Source: a virus (lineage: Duplodnaviria; Caudoviricetes). From it: DNA of 64,000 bases. The stretch is from positions 195,647 through 259,646 of IMG/VR virus record IMGVR_UViG_3300049141_000098; one strand, given 5' to 3'. Shown here in pieces: positions 1 to 8,964 of the stretch. Within the stretch, counting starts at the first letter, position 1, and the number at the start of each line of letters is the position of its first letter. Below the pieces are notes generated by a model. The model searched no databases. It saw only the letters and a program-made list of their open reading frames with translations, and had not been told where the DNA came from. The translations under genes were made by a program, and so were the position numbers.

Positions 1-436
1 GGATCTCATAGTGCCGGTGGTCGTGGCAGGGGATGACCACCTCCCGGTGCTCCCGGTGGTCGTAGTCGACCTTGCAGCCGCCGACACCCTCAGCGCACGC
101 CACGTAGTCCCGGACCAGGGACAGCTCCCCAGCATCCCAGAGCAGCGTCCACCCGGCGGGCAGCAGCTCCTCCATGTGATCCGAAGCCCGGTCCGAGAGG
201 CCTCCCTGTCCGACGATCACCTCCGCCATGTTTTCCTCGGCGTCAGTTCCGTCGCCGCAGCCGCCGGACGTCCCCTTGTACCACTCCAGGGCGGCGCGCT
301 CGTCGGCATCCATTGTGAAGCCGTGCGACTCGGCGATCTCGATGATCCGGTAGGTGTTCGTCCAGCCGTGGCACCCGTCCAGCCACGTTCCCGTACCGAC
401 TTCGGAGCCGTTCGTGAGCGTGATTGTGTCCTGCAT
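1..436 (-). CDS. hypothetical phage protein, runs off the window edge (MQDTITLTNGSEV...)
   Basis: Hand-translated, open to base 1; ATG preceded by CGGAAAGGGGAACGGG motif; not in the ORF track. Confidence 0.75.
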   Translation of the reverse strand, partial: MQDTITLTNGSEVGTGTWLDGCHGWTNTYRIIEIAESHGFTMDADERAALEWYKGTSGGCGDGTDAEENMAEVIVGQGGLSDRASDHMEELLPAGWTLLWDAGELSLVRDYVACAEGVGGCKVDYDHREHREVVIPCHDHRHYEI

Positions 437-460
437 CCCGTTCCCCTTTCCGCTACGTTT

Positions 461-619
461 TCAGTGATCGAACCCGCTGAACAGCCACGCCCGGTACTCC
501 GGGTCGTTGTTCATCACCATGGAATCCCCGAACGGATTGCACTCCAGGCACATGCCGCGCCGGTCCTCCGGGTTCGCCTCATTGTGGCATTCGGCACTGA
601 CACACGGCCTACCCTTCAT
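461..619 (-). CDS. small Cys-containing hypothetical protein (MKGRPCVSAEC...)
   Basis: ATGA overlap with upstream gene; C-terminal part of track ORF 461..1111. Confidence 0.65.
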   Translation of the reverse strand: MKGRPCVSAECHNEANPEDRRGMCLECNPFGDSMVMNNDPEYRAWLFSGFDH

Positions 620-987
620 CCTCCCGTCTCGGCGTGCAGTCGGGCGCGCTCCCGGCCTACGTTCTCCCAGTTCTCCATGTCGGCCTTGCGGCGCTGCGAC
701 CCCTCCATGTAGGCCGCCTGCACCTGCTTCAGGTATGCCATGTCGTCGTCCGGGATCAGCTTGCCGGTCGCCTTCGTTGTCCCGAGTGCCCCGCCGATGT
801 AGTACGCGCAGGCCTGACGCGCTCCCTCCGGCCCATGCCACACCCGCATCTGGTGCGCGTCGAAGTAGCGGGTCCCGCCACCCAGGTCGCTGCCGGTCGT
901 TTCCAGTGCGAAGTAGCCGTCCGTGAAGGCCTTCACCCGGGCGGACACCTCCCGCACCGTGGCCGCCGTGAACTTGATCGCCTTCAC
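616..987 (-). CDS. hypothetical protein
   Basis: Track ORF; GTGA coupling with upstream ORF. Confidence 0.75.
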   Translation of the reverse strand: MKAIKFTAATVREVSARVKAFTDGYFALETTGSDLGGGTRYFDAHQMRVWHGPEGARQACAYYIGGALGTTKATGKLIPDDDMAYLKQVQAAYMEGSQRRKADMENWENVGRERARLHAETGG

Positions 988-1130
988 CCGTTGACCCCTT
1001 CCTGATTGTCACTCTTGACCACCCGCAGGGTGACCGGCGTCCCGTCCATCGCCACCCAGTCGACTTCGCGCCCTTCGTCGATGTCTGCCAATGCTGCGTG
1101 CAGGTCGTCACTCGTCACGTAGACGAACAT
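984..1130 (-). CDS. 48-aa hypothetical protein (MFVYVTSDDLH...)
   Basis: Hand-translated; RBS CGGAAGGGAGAAGG; stop overlaps next start. Confidence 0.65.
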   Translation of the reverse strand: MFVYVTSDDLHAALADIDEGREVDWVAMDGTPVTLRVVKSDNQEGVNG

Positions 1131-1172
1131 TCAGCCTTCTCCCTTCCGTCCCCATTCGTCCCGTTCATGCTG

Positions 1173-1232
1173 ATCAGGAACACACTGGAAGATTCCGAAT
1201 TCGCTCCGGAATCTTCCCGAACGTTCCCGTCC
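1173..1232 (-). other. long intergenic RNA hairpin, family 1 (candidate RNase III-type site)
   Basis: 11-bp perfect upper stem 1187-1197/1207-1217; GUUCG/AGUGU core; paired lower stem. Confidence 0.75.
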
Positions 1233-1241
1233 GGCTGGCCG

Positions 1242-1754
1242 TCAGTGCGGGGTCCGGTCGATATACCGGCCCGGATCCCAGTTCGCGGCGTCCTCCCGCC
1301 CCCGCTCCCGCTCCCGGCCGTACTCCGTGATGTAGCCACGCTCGTCGCACTCGCCGCGCTCCCGGCGGTGCTTCTGGCTGGTGAAACACATCCCCTTGAT
1401 CATCTCAATGGGGAAGCCGCCGTGCGACTTGTGCTCGTGGCACGGCTGAAGCTCTTCGGCAGTGAACCGGCGCTCCCAACCACACCGGTCGAACTCCGAG
1501 CACCGGAAGCCGATGTGTACGCCGTCCTCCCACAGGGGGCGGAGAGAGACCGACGTGCGCCACGATTGGCCCGCCTTGTACGTCCCGGCCTTCACTTGGG
1601 CCGGACTCGGGTAGTAGGTGTGGCTGTGCTCCCGGTAGCCGGAGAGCAGCGTGCACGTGGAGCAGTGACTGAAGTAGCCGCCCGGCCCGGGGGGCTCATC
1701 GTCGTAACTACGTTCCCGGATCTTGCAGAGGGGGCACATGGGTGCCTTCTCCAT
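1242..1754 (-). CDS. Cys/His-rich hypothetical protein (MEKAPMCPLC...)
   Basis: RBS motif before ATG 1754; several CxxC motifs. Confidence 0.7.
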   Translation of the reverse strand: MEKAPMCPLCKIRERSYDDEPPGPGGYFSHCSTCTLLSGYREHSHTYYPSPAQVKAGTYKAGQSWRTSVSLRPLWEDGVHIGFRCSEFDRCGWERRFTAEELQPCHEHKSHGGFPIEMIKGMCFTSQKHRRERGECDERGYITEYGRERERGREDAANWDPGRYIDRTPH

Positions 1755-1793
1755 CCCCTTCTCCCTTCCGTCCGCATTCGCGGTAATTCGCAC

Positions 1794-1866
1794 CCGATCG
1801 GAGATGCACTGGAAGATTCGGAACCGGATTGGAAGGCTCCGAATCTTCCCGAACGTCACCGATCAG
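1794..1866 (-). other. long intergenic RNA hairpin, family 1
   Basis: 12-bp upper stem 1811-1822/1838-1849; GUUCG/AGUGC core; ~12-bp lower stem. Confidence 0.8.
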
Positions 1867-1873
1867 ACCTGTG

Positions 1874-2203
1874 TCACTGTCCCGCCTGGCGGAGCGTGAT
1901 GATCAGCTTCCGGGCCGTCTCGATGGTCCGCTCCCCGTTCTCGATCTGATCGAACAGGGCTTTCACCGCCTTTGAGTCACCATGCCGCCGCTCCGGCACC
2001 GCCCGGTCATGCTCGTCCAGGTGGTCCCAGTAGGCCGCCAGATCAGGGTCCCCGACACAGACGGTCTGCTTGCTCCCCCCCGAGGACATCTGATTCGTTC
2101 CGGCGATCGGCTCCGGTGCCGCGAACGACCGGGGGTCCGGCATCCGGTGCCGTCCGTTTTCGTCATGCCAGTGCTTAGGCTCCCGGCCGGTCAGCTCACT
2201 CAC
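1874..2203 (-). CDS. hypothetical protein
   Basis: Track ORF; GTGA coupling. Confidence 0.7.
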   Translation of the reverse strand: MSELTGREPKHWHDENGRHRMPDPRSFAAPEPIAGTNQMSSGGSKQTVCVGDPDLAAYWDHLDEHDRAVPERRHGDSKAVKALFDQIENGERTIETARKLIITLRQAGQ

Positions 2204-2439
2204 GTCTCATTCCTCTCCTTGAACCACTCTTCGGCATCCTGTCGGGCATCCTCCCGGAAGACCCGGTCAGGCCACCTGTTACTGCTCTTGCCTCGCATGG
2301 ACGCGGGTACCTGGAAGGCGTATCCGCGTCGCCCCTCGACGACTAGGCACTTTGTGCCCTGCCCGTCCCGCAGCACGGGCCAGGTGTCGTACAGACTTCC
2401 CTCCCGCTTCTTCAGCGAGTCACCAAGGGTGATCTTCAT
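2200..2439 (-). CDS. hypothetical protein (MKITLGDS...)
   Basis: Start overlaps upstream stop. Confidence 0.7.
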   Translation of the reverse strand: MKITLGDSLKKREGSLYDTWPVLRDGQGTKCLVVEGRRGYAFQVPASMRGKSSNRWPDRVFREDARQDAEEWFKERNET

Positions 2440-2933
2440 TTCCCACCCTCCGCGATTTCCTTGTGGATCAGCGCCCAGCCGTACGCCTTTGACTCGGGGT
2501 CGTAGTCGGCGTGATCGCAGCGCTCCCGCTCGGTCCACTCCTGACAGGGCATCCCATCCTCCCCGGCTCCGCAGACCGGCGGATGCATCTCGACGGAGAC
2601 GATCGCCCACAGGCCCGGCTCTTCGAGGATGCGCTCCTCCAGGCCCCGGCCGAAGTGGCGGCGTCCGGCATCGAACACGAACAGCGATCCCCCCTCGGCC
2701 CACCCCGTGAGCGCCCGCCATCCGTTTCCGATCCCGTCCAGCGCGGACCGCTCGTGCGCTTCGAGCACGTCCGGCATGTCCCAGTCGCCCGACCAGTCAA
2801 TGTTGATCGACTCTGGCGCGTAGTCCTCCAGCTTGGCCGGAGGGTACGGAGCCGTCTCGTACGTCCCGTCGGGCTTAACCAGGATCGGCAGCGCACTCGG
2901 TCCGTGCAGCACCTCGTCCAGCGTCTCGCTCAT
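2436..2933 (-). CDS. hypothetical protein (MSETLDEV...)
   Basis: GGAAAGGGAA RBS before ATG. Confidence 0.7.
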   Translation of the reverse strand: MSETLDEVLHGPSALPILVKPDGTYETAPYPPAKLEDYAPESINIDWSGDWDMPDVLEAHERSALDGIGNGWRALTGWAEGGSLFVFDAGRRHFGRGLEERILEEPGLWAIVSVEMHPPVCGAGEDGMPCQEWTERERCDHADYDPESKAYGWALIHKEIAEGGK

Positions 2934-2957
2934 GATCGTTTCATTCCCTTTCCATTT

Positions 2958-3025
2958 GTCCGCGCCATACAGGCACTGGAAAGCGCGACCGTGTCGCGCC
3001 CTCCCGAACCGGCATGCCCCGGTCA
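2958..3025 (-). other. long intergenic RNA hairpin, family 1
   Basis: Upper stem pairs fully only on the minus strand (two G.U pairs); GUUCG/AGUGC core. Confidence 0.75.
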
Positions 3026-3313
3026 GTCCTCGTTTTCGTTGTCGTAGACGACCGGTAGCCGATCCCATGCCAGTCTGAGCATGTTCTCCAGGTCAACCAC
3101 GATCGACCGCTTCCCGTACGTCCCCGCCCAGTCGGCGTCACTGTGCGCTTTGCCGAGCGTCATAGCGAACGACACCCCGTGTCCGTACTCCGGACCGTCG
3201 CCGTGCACTCCCGTCGAGAGGATCATGTATCGCTGATCCTCCGACTCGTAGTTGAGCGCGTCGTTCACCGACTCACTCAGCGTGACGTAGTCGCCCAGCA
3301 CCTTGCTGCTCAT
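3023..3313 (-). CDS. hypothetical protein
   Basis: Track ORF with CGGAAAGGGGA RBS. Confidence 0.7.
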   Translation of the reverse strand: MSSKVLGDYVTLSESVNDALNYESEDQRYMILSTGVHGDGPEYGHGVSFAMTLGKAHSDADWAGTYGKRSIVVDLENMLRLAWDRLPVVYDNENED

Positions 3314-3328
3314 CCGTCCCCCTTTCCG

Positions 3329-3628
3329 TCAGTCTTCGTCATCGGCGACCATGTCGTGCAGCTTCATCGCCTCGACCATGTCACCGAGCCGCACGAACAT
3401 CCCGTCATCCCGCACCTCAGCGCTCTTGGGGATCACGCGCGTAGCCTGCACCGGCTCCGGAACCGTCACCATCTCGTCGTACGGCTCCGCGTTGCCGAAC
3501 CGCGCTTCGTACTCCGCGTCCTGCATCTTGGGTAGTAGCTCTGCCGCCCAGTCCACGTACTCCAGCGGCAGGGGCGGGAAGAAATTGCCCCGAAAATGCA
3601 CGGTCAGTGCGGTACGTACGTCGATCAT
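3329..3628 (-). CDS. hypothetical protein (MIDVRTALTVHF...)
   Basis: RBS motif before ATG. Confidence 0.7.
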   Translation of the reverse strand: MIDVRTALTVHFRGNFFPPLPLEYVDWAAELLPKMQDAEYEARFGNAEPYDEMVTVPEPVQATRVIPKSAEVRDDGMFVRLGDMVEAMKLHDMVADDED

Positions 3629-3644
3629 GCCTAACTCCCTTCCG

Positions 3645-3715
3645 TCAGGACCACCCGGCCCCACGGAGCCGCACGGAGTTGCCCCCATGCCGCCCCGAAG
3701 TGCGATGTTCCGACT
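3645..3715 (-). other. long intergenic RNA hairpin, family 1 variant (CUUC/GUGG core)
   Basis: 12-bp upper stem with minus-strand G.U pairs; flanks shared with the copy at 9535. Confidence 0.65.
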
Positions 3716-4184
3716 ACATCCACACCGGCACGAGTCGAACCGTCCGCTCCGGCGATCCCTTGTACTCGATCAGGAACCGGCGAATTTCCCGCCAGTCCCG
3801 GTCGTGCTCGCATCCGGCGTTCCGCTCCAGTTCACCGCGCACCGTATCGAACACGGCTCCTTCGAACCGGGGCGCGTCCCACAGCGCCCGGGTGATCCGG
3901 TGCACCGTCAGGTCAGCCGCCCGTGCCCGTTCCTGCGCCACGCCACAGAGCGAACCAGGGATCACGTAGTGGCGGCCGATGCACACCCGGGGCTGGTCCT
4001 CGATCTCCTTGTGGAGAAGGTCCCGCAGGTGGCCGAGATGATCGGAGAGCCGGATGTAGTGCGTCCAGTCCTCTTGCGGTGCATCCTCGTCCGGGCTGCC
4101 GGTCAGATCGGTCGCACCCCTCCGTGCCGCATTCCACAGCCACGTTTTCCCGGGCGGTAGGACGTACAGATACGTGTGCTTCAC
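3714..4184 (-). CDS. hypothetical protein (MKHTYLYVLPPG...)
   Basis: GTGA overlap with upstream stop. Confidence 0.7.
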   Translation of the reverse strand: MKHTYLYVLPPGKTWLWNAARRGATDLTGSPDEDAPQEDWTHYIRLSDHLGHLRDLLHKEIEDQPRVCIGRHYVIPGSLCGVAQERARAADLTVHRITRALWDAPRFEGAVFDTVRGELERNAGCEHDRDWREIRRFLIEYKGSPERTVRLVPVWM

Positions 4185-4381
4185 TTCCCACCCTCCCGCT
4201 CGTCCAGCATCTCCTGGCCCAACTCCATGAGCTGACGCCCCAGCTTGACGGCCTCCTCTGGTGGAAGCTGAAGACTGCCGTCGGTCTTGCCGCTCGCCTT
4301 CTCCGTCGTGAGCAGGGAGACGTCTCCGCCACAACGGGCAAGCCACAACTCCCGTCCGTCCCTGGACTCTGGCACGCTCAC
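4181..4381 (-). CDS. hypothetical protein
   Basis: Track ORF with RBS motif. Confidence 0.7.
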   Translation of the reverse strand: MSVPESRDGRELWLARCGGDVSLLTTEKASGKTDGSLQLPPEEAVKLGRQLMELGQEMLDEREGGK

Positions 4382-4417
4382 GCTTCTCCCCTTTCCGTCC
4401 GTCTTCAGGGTTGTCCG

Positions 4418-4918
4418 TTACGCCGGGTCCCCAGCGTGCAGTACCGTCCCCTCCGGGACGCCTGTCGCTGACCAGCGCACCTGCGTGTCCTGGTCCCCGA
4501 CCACGTGATAGAGCTGATAGCAGTACTCCTTGCCGTCCCGGTACTCGGCGAACCGCTCCGCGTATTCCCGAGCCATTTCGACCGTCGGGAAGGGAATGTT
4601 CCACGCTTCCGCGTGCCGGTAGTAGCCGCTTCCGCCGCCGATGATCGGCATGATCCGGAATCGCTCGCCCTCCGGCGGCATGTCACCTTCGAAGAGCCAT
4701 CCGTCCGTGGATCCCCAGCCGCGCGTCTTGGCGAACTCCCGGTCGGCCGATTCCCGCGTCTCGTGCTGCGTGACCTTGACTTCCCGTTCGTACCGGTGGC
4801 CGCAGCGCGGAGGCCATCCGCCCGGCGTCCGGTTCCATACCGGGCGCGGACCCGGGTCGTATCCCGGCTCCGTTTTCTCGCAGCACGGCTCCAGCACCAT
4901 CACCGTGATCATCTTCAC
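4418..4918 (-). CDS. hypothetical protein
   Basis: Track ORF; GTGA coupling. Confidence 0.7.
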   Translation of the reverse strand: MKMITVMVLEPCCEKTEPGYDPGPRPVWNRTPGGWPPRCGHRYEREVKVTQHETRESADREFAKTRGWGSTDGWLFEGDMPPEGERFRIMPIIGGGSGYYRHAEAWNIPFPTVEMAREYAERFAEYRDGKEYCYQLYHVVGDQDTQVRWSATGVPEGTVLHAGDPA

Positions 4919-5160
4919 GCCTCTCGAACCTTGTGCTGCGTGTCAGCGTCCAGCACCACGTTCGTCCCCTTGACCAGGACGTACGGCGTCCCGCCGTTCC
5001 CGTAGACCATGACGTAGACTCGCCGCCACACACCCAGATATTCGATCATGTGGGCCGTCGGGATCTTCCCGCCGTACCCGGTCACGGTGTGCCCGCTCAC
5101 CGGCACCTCCGTGACCTTGACTCCCGTCACGCCCTCCGGGTCCGTGTACTCGATACTCAT
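4915..5160 (-). CDS. hypothetical phage protein
   Basis: Track ORF with RBS motif. Confidence 0.75.
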   Translation of the reverse strand: MSIEYTDPEGVTGVKVTEVPVSGHTVTGYGGKIPTAHMIEYLGVWRRVYVMVYGNGGTPYVLVKGTNVVLDADTQHKVREA

Positions 5161-5176
5161 CCGCTTCTCCCTTCCG

Positions 5177-5668
5177 TCAGTCCCGAGTGTTGCGCAGCGC
5201 CATCAGTGCCGCTTGATCGTCCCGGCAGGCATGTACGGTCAGCTCACTGACTCCGACGTACTTCGCGAGGATGATGCACGCCCGCAGGTACTCCGCCGAG
5301 ACGTCCGCCATCGGCCGCCCGCCCGCCGTGGTGTCGTCTGGCCCGTACCCCTGGTTTCGGGCGAACTCGGCCGCCCCATAGGCGCTCATCACCTGAGAGA
5401 TCAGTTCGACCTCAAAGCGATCCCGTTCCCGGCCATCCCCCTGGCCCTTCTGCACGGCCTTCCAGGCCCCCAAAACCCTTCCGTAGTGGCTGGACGCCTC
5501 GATGGCCACGTAACGCATGGGGTTGCCCAACGGAAGGCGCCCCCGCAGATCCCCCTCCGTCTCCGACATGGTCTGCGTCGTGACCCGCAACCACTGGTCG
5601 AACCCGTCCGCCTCCCGACCTCCCAGGGGGTTGCGCTTCCGGTCCGGCGTCTCCGTGAACAGCGCCAT
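5177..5668 (-). CDS. hypothetical protein
   Basis: Track ORF with RBS motif. Confidence 0.75.
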   Translation of the reverse strand: MALFTETPDRKRNPLGGREADGFDQWLRVTTQTMSETEGDLRGRLPLGNPMRYVAIEASSHYGRVLGAWKAVQKGQGDGRERDRFEVELISQVMSAYGAAEFARNQGYGPDDTTAGGRPMADVSAEYLRACIILAKYVGVSELTVHACRDDQAALMALRNTRD

Positions 5669-5706
5669 GTTCGGTTCCTCTCCCTTTCCGTCTTCCGTGA
5701 TCCCGC

Positions 5707-6090
5707 TCAGTGCTGCGGCTGACCGATCTCAGGCAACGGCCGCTCCCGGGGGACTTCCCGGCCTTCCCGGCTGTAGCACTCGGCCACCCATTCCCGGACC
5801 GCGCGCATCTCCTCTGAGCCGACCCGCCAGGTCGGTTCGTCGCCCCACAGGGGGGTGGTTCCCGTCGGATCCGGCCCGTCCATGAACGTCGCGGCCGTCC
5901 AGTCCGTGACGAACTGGCCGACGACCGTAAACGGCGTTCCCGTTTCGGGGTGCCGGGCGGTGAATCGGTGGCGCAGGTCGAACCACAGAACACGTCCCGC
6001 CTTGTCCCTCTGGTGGTCCTCCGCCTCCGTGTCCAGCACCACCAGGAACGGAACTCCCGTGACCCCGGCCGTCGTCCTCATGTGCAGCAT
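5707..6090 (-). CDS. hypothetical protein
   Basis: Track ORF with RBS motif. Confidence 0.75.
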   Translation of the reverse strand: MLHMRTTAGVTGVPFLVVLDTEAEDHQRDKAGRVLWFDLRHRFTARHPETGTPFTVVGQFVTDWTAATFMDGPDPTGTTPLWGDEPTWRVGSEEMRAVREWVAECYSREGREVPRERPLPEIGQPQH

Positions 6091-6119
6091 CCCGTTTCCC
6101 CTTCCCGTCGTTCCCGGCG

Positions 6120-6180
6120 AACCGCCGTGATCACAGAGGAGCGCGGAGTGGTCCCCGCGCTCCCCTGAAACCGGACGCTC
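6120..6180 (-). other. long intergenic RNA hairpin, family 1 variant (UUUC/GUGA core)
   Basis: 12-bp upper stem AGGGGAGCGCGG/CCGCGCUCCUCU with a G.U pair on the minus strand. Confidence 0.65.
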
Positions 6181-6184
6181 CCCG

Positions 6185-6793
6185 TCAGACTGTCGGCCGA
6201 TTGTTCGTGATCAGATCGATCATGGGATGATCGGCGTACTTGCCGGGTTCGGTGGCGAACGCCATCATCACGTCCTCCCCCTTCCGGTCGTTTACGATCC
6301 GGCGGAACTCCGCCAGGCTCACGCCCGTGTATGCCCGCGCGAACTGCACCGTGACTTCGTGATCCAGTTCGATGCGCGCGACCGTCTCCGGCTTCCCGGT
6401 ACTCCGGGCCATCGGGAACATCTCGGCCGTCCACATGATCTCGCGGGCGAGGCTGCACTCCCAGTGCCGTACCGAATCGTCGTAGAACTTGGCCTCCCCG
6501 TTCGCGTCACACCGGTTGAACCGGGACCGCCTGGAGAGCAGGGAGAGGAACCTGTCGCGATCGACCCCGTCCGCCCAGAACGCCTCCCACGTGGGCCGGA
6601 TCCCGCGCACCGCCGCGCCGTTCGCGTAGCCGCTGGCCAGATGGGCGAACCGTCGCCACACCGTCACCGCGTTCTGTGATTCCTGGTTCAGGTAGCCCGG
6701 CTGTCCCGGCCCGGGGCGCCCGTCGTGCTTGCGCTTCGCGCTGGTCAGGTGGTCGGCCAGCAGCCCGTGAAATTCCGCCAGAGTACGTCCCAT
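6185..6793 (-). CDS. hypothetical protein (MGRTLAEFHG...)
   Basis: RBS motif before ATG 6793. Confidence 0.75.
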   Translation of the reverse strand: MGRTLAEFHGLLADHLTSAKRKHDGRPGPGQPGYLNQESQNAVTVWRRFAHLASGYANGAAVRGIRPTWEAFWADGVDRDRFLSLLSRRSRFNRCDANGEAKFYDDSVRHWECSLAREIMWTAEMFPMARSTGKPETVARIELDHEVTVQFARAYTGVSLAEFRRIVNDRKGEDVMMAFATEPGKYADHPMIDLITNNRPTV

Positions 6794-6815
6794 GGTCCCG
6801 TTTCTCCCTTTCCGA

Positions 6816-7115
6816 TTACGCCACCAGACCCGCGCGAATCGGGTCCGGCTCCCAGGTTTTTGTCTGTCCGTCATGGTGCGTGTACGTGACCGTGACGGAC
6901 TCCACCCGCAACACCGTGTACCGGCCGGTCGAATCGGTCCGGTACGTGGTCGCGACTTCCAGCTCAGTCCCGTTGCTCAGGTTGTTGCGCAGCCTCCCGG
7001 CCAGCAGGTCAGCGATGTTGTCGTCCGTCGCGAACCGCAGTGCGACGTACTCACCCCACCCGCACTCATTACAGCGGCAGTCCCAAGGGTCGACTGCGAT
7101 CAGTCGCACACTCAC
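6816..7115 (-). CDS. hypothetical protein with CxC/CxxC motif
   Basis: Track ORF with RBS. Confidence 0.7.
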   Translation of the reverse strand: MSVRLIAVDPWDCRCNECGWGEYVALRFATDDNIADLLAGRLRNNLSNGTELEVATTYRTDSTGRYTVLRVESVTVTYTHHDGQTKTWEPDPIRAGLVA

Positions 7116-7132
7116 GATCCCGCCCTTCCGCG

Positions 7133-7351
7133 CTACTCGCGAAGCCCGCAGGCCCGCTTGAATTCCACGGCGTTGAAGGCCCTGTTGCGCTCCGTGAACA
7201 ACCGGACGAACCGGTCGGCGACACCGTCAAGGGCGTCCATCGCTTCTCGGATGTACATGCCTTCCACGGGGCCGTCGCTCAGCTCCCAAGGGTGTTGTTC
7301 GAGTTCTGCCCGAATCTCCCGGGCGACGTCCTCCGGCGTCAGTCCGTCCAT
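7133..7351 (-). CDS. hypothetical protein (MDGLTPEDV...)
   Basis: Starts next to upstream stop; start uncertain. Confidence 0.6.
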   Translation of the reverse strand: MDGLTPEDVAREIRAELEQHPWELSDGPVEGMYIREAMDALDGVADRFVRLFTERNRAFNAVEFKRACGLRE

Positions 7352-7353
7352 GG

Positions 7354-7767
7354 TCAGATCCCGTTGCTCTCGCGCTTGCCGTACGTGCCGACCAGGCCGA
7401 TGGACAAGCGACACCCGCCGCATGTCACCCCGGCCAGAGCCGTACCCGACTCCCACACAGCCAGATCCCGCCCCTGCGAGTCGGCGCAGACTCCGCGCGG
7501 AGCCTCCCCGTCCTCCTTGGGCAGCACCAGCGCGTGACGCCTGCCGTCCGTGTCCTGGCCGACGTGATGGATGCGGACCGTCGGTGCGTAGATGAACAGC
7601 GTGCCGCCGGTCTCGTAGTGCCTCCCACCGTTCGTATCGAACCAGAACGGCCGCCCTTCCGGGCTTGCCGACAGCGTGTCCAGCACGACCGCGCCACCGT
7701 CACTCGGCTTCAGGCTCCCGCGCGTGATCTCACCGATCTCGACGCGAACGGCTCCCATGCGTTCCAT
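7354..7767 (-). CDS. hypothetical protein (MERMGAVRV...)
   Basis: C-terminal part of track ORF 7354..8091. Confidence 0.65.
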   Translation of the reverse strand: MERMGAVRVEIGEITRGSLKPSDGGAVVLDTLSASPEGRPFWFDTNGGRHYETGGTLFIYAPTVRIHHVGQDTDGRRHALVLPKEDGEAPRGVCADSQGRDLAVWESGTALAGVTCGGCRLSIGLVGTYGKRESNGI

Positions 7768-7775
7768 AGCGCTCC

Positions 7776-8075
7776 TCACTGACCCTTGACGGGGTTCGTC
7801 AGGGCCAGGTCCATCCCGTCGCCTGCTGCGGCGGACAGAACGACGTGCCGGGTGTCGTCGTGCATCCTGCCGTCTGTGTCGAGCAGACCGTAGCCGGACA
7901 GCACGCTCCCCAGGTTGCCGAACGGCAGGTGGCTGGGGTTGCGCGCGATCTGCACCGCCTCGAACAGTGCCAGGGGGTGTGCGTCCCGCACGACCTGAAG
8001 GGTCATCAGGGTTGTGCGCACGGTCGGCTCCGCAACGCTGCTGCCATCCTTCAGTTCCAGCATTTCCATAGTCAT
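7776..8075 (-). CDS. hypothetical protein
   Basis: Track ORF; ATGA coupling. Confidence 0.7.
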   Translation of the reverse strand: MTMEMLELKDGSSVAEPTVRTTLMTLQVVRDAHPLALFEAVQIARNPSHLPFGNLGSVLSGYGLLDTDGRMHDDTRHVVLSAAAGDGMDLALTNPVKGQ

Positions 8076-8263
8076 TCCTCCCGCTCTGCAACCGCTTCGA
8101 CCGTGGCCGTGATCATCACCTCGTACACGTCCACCGGCAGAGCCAGCCAGCGGGAATCCCCAGTCGGCCCCTCCGCCTTGACCCGGACCGTTTCGACCGG
8201 CCCTCCAGCCCCCTCCTTGAGCGCCCTACGCAACTCCCGCTCGACGTACTCTGCGTTCGTCAT
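8072..8263 (-). CDS. hypothetical protein (MTNAEYVE...)
   Basis: Purine-rich RBS before ATG. Confidence 0.65.
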   Translation of the reverse strand: MTNAEYVERELRRALKEGAGGPVETVRVKAEGPTGDSRWLALPVDVYEVMITATVEAVAEREE

Positions 8264-8279
8264 GATCTGCCTCTCTCCC

Positions 8280-8459
8280 TTACTTCTTTCCGAGCAGGCC
8301 CGCGCGGTAGCCCTCGCGCCAGGCATCAGCGACCGCACCGCCTTGGTAGGCAAGCGGGATCTCCGGCGCCCCCGACCCTGGGTTTTCTCGCTTCCAGCGG
8401 CCCCACTTGCGACCGTTCGCCCGCGCGTCCTCAATGAGGCTGCGCCTCTGTTCGGGCAT
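8280..8459 (-). CDS. hypothetical protein (MPEQRRSL...)
   Basis: GGGAGAGGAAA RBS. Confidence 0.65.
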   Translation of the reverse strand: MPEQRRSLIEDARANGRKWGRWKRENPGSGAPEIPLAYQGGAVADAWREGYRAGLLGKK

Positions 8460-8468
8460 TTTCCTCTC

Positions 8469-8533
8469 CCATCCGGTAATGCACTGGAACGCTCCGGTCA
8501 CCCTTCCGGAGCGTTCCCGAACGTCACGGGATG
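8469..8533 (-). other. long intergenic RNA hairpin, family 1
   Basis: 12-bp perfect upper stem GGAACGCTCCGG/CCGGAGCGTTCC; GUUCG/AGUGC core; lower stem paired. Confidence 0.8.
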
Positions 8534-8534
8534 A

Positions 8535-8867
8535 TCAGACGTACGGAGTCTCCCGGTACTCCGCGAGCGCTTCCCGGATACGGTTCTGGCAGCCGGACGT
8601 GGACGGGGTGTACTTGACGTCCGGCACCACCCAGCCACCGTCCCGGCTGTCGATCCAGGCGACCGGCGTCCCGTAGTGGTAGACGACGTGCGAGGCGTGC
8701 TCGATGTCCTTCCGCCACTCTTCGGGCAGACGGTTCGGGTCACCGGTCGGGCTGGCTCCGAGCTGTGCGGCCCCGCGCGGGAGCCTCCCGTCCGATCCGC
8801 CGCGCCCCATGTTGATCACGTGCTGGAGTTCCTGCCACGTTCCGGTACCGATCGTCATTCCGAACAT
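8535..8867 (-). CDS. phage hypothetical protein (VVYHYGTPVAW...KYTPSTS)
   Basis: Track ORF with RBS motif; resembles a common small phage protein type (from recall, not searched). Confidence 0.75.
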   Translation of the reverse strand: MFGMTIGTGTWQELQHVINMGRGGSDGRLPRGAAQLGASPTGDPNRLPEEWRKDIEHASHVVYHYGTPVAWIDSRDGGWVVPDVKYTPSTSGCQNRIREALAEYRETPYV

Positions 8868-8929
8868 GTCCCGTTTCTCCCTCTCCGTCTTTCGCTATCT
8901 CTTCGCAGATTCTAGTGATCAGATGACGC

Positions 8930-8939
8930 GACCTAGGCC
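8930..8939. promoter_or_regulatory. GRCCTAGGYC palindrome (candidate operator)
   Basis: GACCTAGGCC, intergenic. Confidence 0.65.
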
Positions 8940-8964
8940 AATCGACATCATCGTGACCCGTTCG